64,000 bases of DNA from Euprymna scolopes (Eukaryota). The notes beneath the pieces were generated by a model. That model had not been told where the DNA came from and ran no database searches. It was given only the letters and a program-made list of their open reading frames with translations. The stretch is from assembly GCA_053919585.1 (NCBI GenBank), contig CM132828.1, one strand, 5' to 3'. Shown here piece after piece: positions 53,901-64,000 of the stretch. Within the stretch, counting starts at the first letter, position 1, and every line of letters begins with the position of its first letter. The position numbers and the translations under genes are program-made.

Positions 53901-56900
53901 AGATCTAATTTATTCGACAGCTTTTTTTTGCCTACAGAGTTTTTAAACAGATCTAATTTATTCGACGGCTTTTTTTGCCTACAGAGTTTTTAAACAGATC
54001 TAATTTATTCGACAGCTTTTTTTGCCTACAGAGTTTTAAAACAGATCTAATTTATTCGACAGCTTTTTTTGCCTACAGAGTTTTTAAACAGATCTAATTT
54101 ATTCGACAGCTTCTTTTTTGCCTACAGAGTTTTTAAACAGATCTAATTTATTCGACAGCTTTTTTTTGCCTACAGACTTTTTAAACAGATCTAATTTATT
54201 CGACAGCTTTTTTTGCCTACAGAGTTTTTAAACAGATCTAATTTGTTCGACAGCTTTTTTTTGCCTACACATTTTTTAAACAGATCAAATTTATTCGACA
54301 GCTTTTTTTGCCTACAGAGTTTTTAAACAGGTCTAATTTATTCGACAGCTTTTTTGCCTACAGAATTTTTAAACAGATCTAATTTATTCGACAGCTTTTT
54401 TTTGCCTACAGAATTTTTAAACAGATCTAATTTATTCGACAGCTTTTTTTGCCTACAGAGTTTTAAAACAGATCTAATTTATTCGACAGCTTTTTTTGCC
54501 TACAGACTTTTTAAACAGATCTAATTTATTCGACAGCTTTTTTTTGCCTACAGAGTTTTTAAACAGATCTAATTTATTCGACAGTTTTTTTTTGCCTACA
54601 GAATTTTTAAACAGATCTAATTTATTCGACAGCTTTTTTTGCCTACAGAGTTTTTAAACAGATCTAATTTATTCGACAGCTTTTTTTACCTACAGAGTTT
54701 TTAAACAGGTCTAATTTATTCGACAGCTTTTTTTGCATACAGAGTTTTTAAACAGATCTAATTCATTCGACAGCTTTTTTTGCCTACAGAGTTTTTAAAC
54801 AGATCTAATTCATTCGACAGCTTTTTTTGCCTACAGAGTTTTTAAACAGATCTAATTTATTCGACAACTTTTTTGCCTACAGATTTTTTAAACAGATCTA
54901 ATTTATTCGACAGCTTTTTTTTTGCCTACAGAGTTTTTAAACAGATCTAATTTATTCGACGGCTTTTTTTGCCTACAGAGTTTTTAAACAGATCTAATTT
55001 ATTCGACAGCTTTTTTTGCCTACAGAGTTTTTAAACAGATCTAATTTATTCGACAGCTTTTTTTGCCTAAAGAGTTTTTAAACAGATCTAATTTATTCGA
55101 CGGCTTTTTTGCCTACAGAGTTTAAAAACAGATCTAATTTATTCGACAGCTTTTTTTGCCTACAGAGTTTTTAAACAGATCTAATTTATTCGACAGCTTC
55201 TTTTTTGCCTACAGAGTTTTTAAACAGATCTAATTTATTCGACAGCTTTTTTTTGCCTACAGACTTTTAAACAGATCTAATTTATTCGACAGCTTTTTTT
55301 TGCCTACAGAGTTTTTAAACAGATCTAATTTATTCGACAACTTTTTTTGCCTACAGAGTTTTTAAACAGATCTAATTTATTCGACAACTTTTTTTGCCTA
55401 CAGAGTTTTTAAACAGATCTAATTTGTTCGACAGCTTTTTTTTGCCTACACATTTTTTAAACAGATCAAATTTATTCGACAGCTTTTTTTGCCTACAGAG
55501 TTTTTAAACAGGTCTAATTTATTTGACAGCTTTTTTGCCTACAGAATTTTTAAACAGATCTAATTTATTCGACAACTTTTTTGCCTACAGATTTTTTAAA
55601 CAGATCTAATTTATTCGACAGCTTTTTTTTGCCTACAGAGTTTTTAAACAGATCTAATTTATTCGACGGCTTTTTTTGCCTACAGAGTTTTTAAACAGAT
55701 CTAATTTATTCGACAGCTTTTTTTGCCTACAGAGTTTTAAAACAGATCTAATTTATCTGACAGCTTTTTTTGCCTACAGAGTTTTTAAACAGATCTAATT
55801 TATTCGACAGCTTCTTTTTTGCCTACAGAGTTTTTAAACAGATCTAATTTATTCGACAGCTTTTTTTTGCCTACAGACTTTTTAAACAGATCTAATTTAT
55901 TCGACAGCTTTTTTTGCCTACAGAGTTTTTAAACAGATCTAATTTGTTCGACAGCTTTTTTTTGCCTACACATTTTTTAAACAGATCAAATTTATTCGAC
56001 AGCTTTTTTTGCCTACAGAGTTTTTAAACAGGTCTAATTTATTCGACAGCTTTTTTGCCTACAGAATTTTTAAACAGATCTAATTTATTCGACAGCTTTT
56101 TTTTGCCTACAGAATTTTTAAACAGATCTAATTTATTCGACAGCTTTTTTTGCCTACAGAGTTTTAAAACAGATCTAATTTATTCGACAGCTTTTTTTGC
56201 CTACAGACTTTTTAAACAGATCTAATTTATTCGACAGCTTTTTTTTGCCTACAGAGTTTTTAAACAGATCTAATTTATTCGACAGTTTTTTTTTGCCTAC
56301 AGAATTTTTAAACAGATCTAATTTATTCGACAGCTTTTTTTGCCTACAGAGTTTTTAAACAGATCTAATTCATTCGACAGCTTTTTTTACCTACAGAGTT
56401 TTTAAACAGGTCTAATTTATTCGACAGCTTTTTTTGCATACAGAGTTTTTAAACAGATCTAATTCATTCGACAGCTTTTTTTGCCTACAGAGTTTTTAAA
56501 CAGATCTAATTCATTCGACAGCTTTTTTTGCCTACAGAGTTTTTAAACAGATCTAATTTATTCGACAACTTTTTTGCCTACAGATTTTTTAAACAGATCT
56601 AATTTATTCGACAGCTTTTTTTTTGCCTACAGAGTTTTTAAACAGATCTAATTTATTCGACGGCTTTTTTTGCCTACAGAGTTTTTAAACAGATCTAATT
56701 TATTCGACAGCTTTTTTTGCCTACAGAGTTTTTAAACAGATCTAATTCATTCGACAGCTTTTTTTGCCTAAAGAGTTTTTAAACAGATCTAATTTATTCG
56801 ACAGCTTTTTTGCCTACAGAGTTTTAAAACAGATCTAATTTATTCGACAGCTTTTTTTGCCTACAGAGTTTTTAAACAGATCTAATTTATTCGACAGCTT

Positions 56901-59900
56901 CTTTTTTGCCTACAGAGTTTTTAAACAGATCTAATTTATTCGACAGCTTTTTTTTGCCTACAGACTTTTAAACAGATCTAATTTATTCGACAGCTTTTTT
57001 TTGCCTACAGAGTTTTTAAACAGATCTAATTTATTCGACAACTTTTTTTGCCTACAGAGTTTTTAAACAGATCTAATTTGTTCGACAGCTTTTTTTGCCT
57101 ACAGAGTTTTTAAACAGATCTAATTTATTCGACGGCTTTTTTTGCCTACAGAGTTTTTAAACAGATCTAATTTATTCGACAGCTTTTTTTGCCTACAGAG
57201 TTTTAAAACAGATCTAATTTATTCGACAGCTTTTTTTGCCTACAGAGTTTTTAAACAGATCTTATTTATTCGACAGCTTCTTTTTTGCCTACAGAGTTTT
57301 TAAACAGATCTAATTTATTCGACAGCTTTTTTTGCCTACAGAGTTTTTAAACAGATCTAATTTGTTCGACAGCTTTTTTTTGCCTACACATTTTTTAAAC
57401 AGATCAAATTTATTCGACAGCTTTTTTTGCCTACAGAGTTTTTAAACAGGTCTAATTTATTCGACAGCTTTTTTGCCTACAGAATTTTTAAACAGATCTA
57501 ATTTATTCGACAGCTTTTTTTTGCCTACAGAATTTTTAAACAGATCTAATTTATTCGACAGCTTTTTTTGCCTACAGAGTTTTAAAACAGATCTAATTTA
57601 TTCGACAGCTTTTTTTGCCTACAGACTTTTTAAACAGATCTAATTTATTCGACAGCTTTTTTTTGCCTACAGAGTTTTTAAACAGATCTAATTTATTCGA
57701 CAGTTTTTTTTTGCCTACAGAATTTTTAAACAGATCTAATTTATTCGACAGCTTTTTTTGCCTACAGAGTTTTTAAACAGATCTAATTTATTCGACAGCT
57801 TTTTTTACCTACAGAGTTTTTAAACAGGTCTAATTTATTCGACAGGTTTTTTTGCATACAGAGTTTTTAAACAGATCTAATTCATTCGACAGCTTTTTTT
57901 GCCTACAGAGTTTTTAAACAGATCTAATTCATTCGACAGCTTTTTTTGCCTACAGAGTTTTTAAACAGATCTAATTTATTCGACAGCTTTTTTGCCTACA
58001 GATTTTTTAAACAGATCTAATTTATTCGACAGCTTTTTTTTGCCTACAGAGTTTTTAAACAGATCTAATTTATTCGACGGCTTTTTTTGCCTACAGAGTT
58101 TTTAAACAGATCTAATTTATTCGACAGCTTTTTTTGCCTACAGAGTTTTTAAACAGATCTAATTTATTCGACAGCTTTTTTTGCCTAAAGAGTTTTTAAA
58201 CAGATCTAATTTATTCGACAGCTTTTTTGCCTACAGAGTTTTAAAACAGATCTAATTTATTCGACAGCTTTTTTTGCCTACAGAGTTTTTAAACAGATCT
58301 AATTTATTCGACAGCTTCTTTTTTGCCTACAGAGTTTTTAAACAGATCTAATTTATTCGACAGCTTTTTTTTGCCTACAGACTTTTAAACAGATCTAATT
58401 TATTCGACAGCTTTTTTTTGCCTACAGAGTTTTTAAACAGATCTAATTTATTCGACAACTTTTTTTGCCTACAGAGTTTTTAAACAGATCTAATTTGTTC
58501 GACAGCTTTTTTTTGCCTACACATTTTTTAAACAGATCAAATTTATTCGACAGCTTTTTTTGCCTACAGAGTTTTTAAACAGGTCTAATTTATTCGACAG
58601 CTTTTTTGCCTACAGAATTTTTAAACAGATCTAATTTATTCGACAGCTTTTTTTTGCCTAGAGAATTTTTAAACAGATCTAATTTATTCGACAGCTTTTT
58701 TTGCCTACAGAGTTTTAAAACAGATCTAATTTATTCGACAGCTTTTTTTGCCTACAGACTTTTTAAACAGATCTAATTTATTCGACAGCTTTTTTTGCCT
58801 ACAGAGTTTTTAAACAGATCTAATTTATTCGACAGTTTTTTTTTGCCTACAGAATTTTTAAACAGATCTAATTTATTCGACAGCTTTTTTTGCCTACAGA
58901 GTTTTTAAACAGATCTAATTTATTCGACAGCTTTTTTAGCCTACAGAGTTTTTAAACAGATCTAATTTATTCGACAGTTTGTTTTTTGCCTACAGATTTT
59001 TTAAACAGATCTAATTTATTCGACAGTTTTTTCTGCCTACAGAGTTTTTAAACAGATCTAATTTGTTCGACAGCTTTTTTTTGCCTACAGAATTTTTAAA
59101 CAGATCTAATTTATTCGACAGCCTTTTTTTGCCTACAGAGTTTTTAAACAGATCTAATTTATTCGACAGCTTTTTTTTGCCTACACATTTTTTAAACAGA
59201 TCTAATTTATTCGACAGCTTTTTTTGCCTACAGAGTTTTTAAACAGATCTAATTTATTCGACAGCTTTTTTGCCTACAGAGTTTTTAAACAGATCTGATT
59301 TATTCGACAGCTTTTTTTGCATACAGAGTTTTTAAACAGATCTAATTTATTCGACAGCTTTTTTTCCTACAGATTTTTAAAACAGATCTAATTTATTCGA
59401 CAGCTTTTTTGCCTACAGACTTTTTAAACAGATCTAATTTATTCGACAGCTTTTTTTGCCTACAGAGTTTTTAAACAGATCTAATTTATTTGACAGCTTT
59501 TTTAGCCTACAGAGTTTTTAAACAGATCTAATTTATTCGACAGCTTTTTTGCCTACAGAGTTTTTAAACAGATCTAATTTATTCGACAGCTTTTTTTTTG
59601 CCTACAGAATTTTTAAACATATCTAATTTATTCGACAGCTTTTTTTACCTACAGAGTTTTTAAACAGGTCTAATTTATTCGACAGCTTTTTTTGCATACA
59701 GAGTTTTTAAACAGATCTAATTCATTCGACAGCTTTTTTTGCCTACAGAGTTTTTAAACAGATCTAATTCATTCGACAGCTTTTTTTGCCTACAGAGTTT
59801 TTAAACAGATCTAATTTATTCGACAACTTTTTTGCCTACAGATTTTTTAAACAGATCTAATTTATTCGACAGCTTTTTTTTGCCTACAGAGTTTTTAAAC

Positions 59901-62900
59901 AGATCAATATTTATTCGACGGCTTTTTTTGCCTACAGAGTTTTTAAACAGATCTAATTTATTCGACAGCTTTTTTTGCCTACAGAGTTTTTAAACAGATC
60001 TAATTTATTCGACAGCTTTTTTTGCCTAAAGAGTTTTTAAACAGATCTAATTTATTCGACAGCTTTTTTGCCTACAGAGTTTTAAAACAGATCTAATTTA
60101 TTCGACAGCTTTTTTTGCCTACAGAGTTTTTAAACAGATCTAATTTATTCGACAGCTTCTTTTTTGCCTACAGAGTTTTTAAACAGATCTAATTTATTCG
60201 ACAGCTTTTTTTGCCTACAGACTTTTAAACAGATCTAATTTATTCGACAGCTTTTTTTTGCCTACAGAGTTTTTAAACAGATCTAATTTATTCGACAACT
60301 TTTTTTGCCTACAGAGTTTTTAAACATATCTAATTTGTTCGACAGCTTTTTTTTGCCTACACATTTTTTAAACAGATCTAATTTATTCGACAGCTTTTTT
60401 TGCCTACAGAGTTTTTAAACAGGTCTAATTTATTCGACAGCTTTTTTGCCTACAGAATTTTTAAACAGATCTAATTTATTCGACAGCTTTTTTTTGCCTA
60501 CAGAATTTTAAAACAGATCTAATTTATTCGACAGCTTTTTTTGCCTACAGACTTTTTAAACAGATCTAATTTATTCGACAGCTTTTTTTTGCCTACAGAG
60601 TTTTTAAACAGATCTAATTTATTCGACAGTTTTTTTTTGCCTACAGAATTTTTAAACAGATCTAATTTATTCGACAGCTTTTTTTGCCTACAGAGTTTTT
60701 AAACAGATCTAATTTATTCGACAGCTTTTTTAGCCTACAGAGTTTTTAAACAGATCTAATTTATTCGACAGTTTGTTTTTTGCCTCCAGATTTTTTAAAC
60801 AGATCTAATTTATTCGACAGTTTTTTCTGCCTACAGAGTTTTTAAACAGATCTAATTTGTTCGACAGCTTTTTTTTGCCTACAGAATTTTTAAACAGATC
60901 TAATTTATTCGACAGCTTTTTTTTGCCTACAGAGTTATTAAACAGATCTAATTTATTCGACAGCTTTTTTTGCCTACAGAGTTTTTAAACAGATCTAATT
61001 TATTCGACAGCTTTTTTTGCCTACAGAGTTTTTAACAGATCTAATTTGTTCGACAGCTTTTTTTTGCCTACACATTTTTTAAACAGATCTAATTTATTCG
61101 ACAGCTTTTTTTGCCTACAGAGTTTTTAAACAGATCTAATTTATTCGACAGCTTTTTTGCCTACAGAGTTTTTAAACAGATCTAATTTATTCGACAGCTT
61201 TTTTTGCATACAGAGTTTTTAAACAGATCTAATTTATTCGACAGCTTTTTTGCCTACAGATTTTTAAAACAGATCTAATTTATTCGACAGCTTTTTTGCC
61301 TACAGACTTTTTAAACAGATCTAATTTATTCGACAGCTTTTTTTTGCCTACAGAGTTTTTAAACAGATCTAATTTATTCGACAGCTTTTTTAGCCTACAG
61401 AGTTTTTAAACATATCTAATTTATTCGACAGCTTTTTTGCCTACAGAGTTTTTAAACAGATCTAATTTATTCGACAGCTTTTTTTTTGCCTACAGAATTT
61501 TTAAACATATCTAATTTATTCGACAGCTTTTTTTACCTACAGAGTTTTTAAACAGGTCTAATTTATTCGACAGCTTTTTTTGCATACAGAGTTTTTAAAC
61601 AGATCTAATTCATTCGACAGCTTTTTTGCCTACATAGTTTTAAACAGATCTAATTTATTCGACAGCTTTTTTTGCCTAAAGAGTTTTTAAACAGATCTAA
61701 TTTATTCGACAGCTTTTTTGCCTACAGAGTTTTAAAACAGATCTAATTTATTCGACAGCTTTTTTTGCCTACAGAGTGTTTAAACAGATCTAATTTATTC
61801 GACAGCTTTTTTTTTGCCTACAGAGTTTTTAAACAGATCTAATTTATTCGACAGCTTTTTTTTGCCTACAGACTTTTTAAACAGATCTAATTTATTCGAC
61901 AGCTTTTTTTTGCCTACAGAGTTTTTAAACAGATCTAATTTATTCGACAGCTTTTTTTGCCTACAGAGTTTTTAAACAGATCTAATTTGTTCGACAGCTT
62001 TTTTTTGCCTACACATTTTTTAAACAGATCTAATTTATTCGACAGCTTTTTTTGCCTACAGAGTTTTTAAACAGGTCTAATTTATTCGACAGCTTTTTTG
62101 CCTACAGAATTTTTAAACAGATCTAATTTATTCGACAGCTTTTTTTTGCCTACAGAATTTTTAAACAGATCTAATTTATTCGACAGCTTTTTTTGCCTAC
62201 AGAGGTTTAAAACAGATCTAATTTATTCGACAGCTTTTTTTGCCTACAGACTTTTTAAACAGATCTAATTTATTCGACAGCTTTTTTTTGCCTACAGAGT
62301 TTTTAAACAGATCTAATTTATTCGACAGTTTTTTTTGCCTACAGAATTTTTAAACAGATCTAATTCATTCGACAGCTTTTTTTGCCTACAGAGTTTTTAA
62401 ACAGATCTAATTTATTCGACAGCTTTTTTAGCCTACAGAGTTTTTAAACAGATCTAATTTATTCGACAGTTTGTTTTTTGCCTACAGATTTTTTAAACAG
62501 ATCTAATTTATTCGACAGTTTTTTCTGCCTACAGAGTTTTTAAACAGATCTAATTTGTTCGACAGCTTTTTTTGCCTACAGAATTTTTAAACAGATCTAA
62601 TTTATTCGACAGCTTTTTTTTGCCTACAGAGTTTTTAAACAGATCTAATTTATTCGACAGCTTTTTTTTGCCTACAGACTTTTTAAACAGATCTAATTTA
62701 TTCGACAGCTTTTTTTTGCCTACAGAGTTTTTAAACAGATCTAATTTATTCGACAGCTTTTTTTGCCTACAGAGTTTTTAAACAGATCTAATTTGTTCGA
62801 CAGCTTTTTTTTGCCTACACATTTTTTAAACAGATCTTATTTATTCGACAGCTTTTTTTGCCTACAGAGTTTTTAAACAGGTCTAATTTATTCGACAGCT

Positions 62901-64000
62901 TTTTTGGCTACAGAATTTTTAAACAGATCTAATTTATTCGACAGCTTTTTTTTGCCTACAGAATTTTAAAACAGATCTAATTTATTCGACAGCTTTTTTT
63001 GCCTACAGACTTTTTAAACAGATCTAATTTATTCGACAGCTTTTTTTGCCTACAGAGTTTTTAAACAGATCTAATTTATTCGACAGTTTTTTTTTGCCTA
63101 CAGAATTTTTAAACAGATCTAATTTATTCGACAGCTTTTTTTGCCTACAGAGTTTTTAAACAGATCTAATTTATTCGACAGCTTTTTTAGCCTACAGAGT
63201 TTTTAAACAGATCTAATTTATTCGACAGTTTGTTTTTTGCCTCCAGATTTTTTAAACAGATCTAATTTATTCGACAGTTTTTTCTGCCTACAGAGTTTTT
63301 AAACAGATCTAATTTGTTCGACAGCTTTTTTTTGCCTACAGAATTTTTAAACAGATCTAATTTATTCGACAGCTTTTTTTGCCTACAGAGTTTTTAAACA
63401 GATCTAATTTATTCGACAGCTTTTTTGCCTACAGAGTTTTTAAACAGATCTAATTTATTCGACAGCTTTTTTTTTGCCTACAGAATTTTTAAACATATCT
63501 AATTTATTCGACAGCTTTTTTTACCTACAGAGTTTTTAAACAGGTCTAATTTATTCGACAGCTTTTTTTTCCATACAGAGTTTTTAAACAGATCTAATTC
63601 ATTCGACAGCTTTTTTTGCCTACAGAGTTTTTAAACAGATCTAATTCATTCGACAGCTTTTTTTGCCTAAAGAGTTTTCAAACAGATCTAATTTATTCGA
63701 CAGCTTTTTTGCCTACAGAGTTTTAAAACAGATCTAATTTATTCGACAGCTTTTTTTGCCTACAGAGTTTTTAAACAGATCTAATTTATTCGACAGCTTT
63801 TTTTGCCTACAGAGTGTTTAAACAGATCTAATTTATTCGACAGCTTTTTTTGCCTACAGAGTTTTTAAACAGGTCTAATTTATTCGACAGCTTTTTTTTG
63901 CCTTCAGACTTTTTAAACAGATCTAATTTATTCGACATTTTTTTTGCCTACAGAGTTTTTAAACAGATCTGATTTATTCGACAGCTTTTTTTGCCTACAG
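53900..64000. repeat. Domain D: truncated then full A-type HOR units
   Basis: Domain C markers disappear. ACC/AGGT cassettes occur at 54688, 56389 and 57807 without the GTTTG cassette. The GTTTG marker resumes at ~58978, 60772, 62470 and 63228, along with A-type variants (CTGATTT, TATTTGAC, CCTCCAG, GTGTTTAAAC). Confidence 0.72.

Larger units (their letters stand above)
1..64000. repeat. Tandem satellite DNA array, ~47-bp monomer GCCTACAGAGTTTTTAAACAGATCTAATTTATTCGACAGC(T)6-10, ~1,350 head-to-tail copies, extending beyond both window edges
   Basis: The same 40-bp core plus a variable T-tract recurs on every line with typically 0-2 substitutions per copy. One orientation throughout and no unique sequence. 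Consensus composition is T20/A13/C8/G6. Copy number estimated as 64000/47.2. Confidence 0.99.

Noticed and set aside
8358-62781. All 13 ORFs in the supplied track (PTEFLNRSNLFDSFF-type and KKKLSNKLDLFKNSVG-type peptides)
   Set aside because: They are chance translations of a few consecutive monomers whose T-tract lengths avoid stops. They are short (63-100 aa), mostly start at TTG, and recur only because the DNA is duplicated. Nothing suggests selection for frame, since the modal monomer is 47 bp.
1-64000. CRISPR array
   Set aside because: The repeats abut directly with no unique spacers, leader or cas genes.
1-64000. Programmed frameshift or phase-variation gene based on T6-T10 tracts
   Set aside because: There is no host ORF, promoter or unique coding sequence. 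Tract lengths are inherited with HOR position, as expected for satellite DNA.
1-64000. Intrinsic (rho-independent) or Pol III terminators at the T-tracts
   Set aside because: No GC-rich hairpin precedes the tracts, and no upstream transcription unit or A/B boxes are visible.
1-64000. Bacterial origin, iteron or Dam-site (GATC) array
   Set aside because: One GATC per monomer is just part of the consensus. A gene-free array of 64 kb or more is not compatible with iteron or oriC organisation.
1-64000. Sequencing concatemer or rolling-circle artefact, or homopolymer error, as the source of variation
   Set aside because: Variants and T-tract lengths are reproduced exactly in copies kilobases apart, in a nested pattern that random error would not give. 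Local mis-assembly of duplications remains possible.
1-64000. Inversions, transposon insertions or CENP-B box
   Set aside because: I saw no reverse-complement monomers or foreign sequence. The monomer shares only TTCG with the CENP-B box and lacks the CGGG half.

Overview
The whole 64-kb window is one uninterrupted, single-orientation tandem satellite array that runs off both ends. The monomer is about 47 bp (46-50), consensus GCCTACAGAGTTTTTAAACAGATCTAATTTATTCGACAGC(T)6-10, about 30% GC, roughly 1,350 copies. I see no genes, RNA genes, transposon insertions, CRISPR spacers or inversions. All listed ORFs are translations of the repeat (a 48-bp T8 monomer gives LPTEFLNRSNLFDSFF). The information is in the variant pattern, which is hierarchical: three degenerate ACAG-led subunits per monomer, an ordered higher-order repeat (HOR) of about 34-42 monomers (1.6-2.0 kb), and macro-duplications of 3.5, 7.6-7.8 and 8.5-8.9 kb. 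These define four domains: A (1-25.6 kb), B (25.6-41 kb), C (41-54 kb) and D (54-64 kb). This organisation is typical of eukaryotic centromeric or heterochromatic satellite, but neither the organism nor the function can be determined from the sequence. I found no protein-coding system. All coordinates were read by eye, and block boundaries are approximate to within a few monomers.
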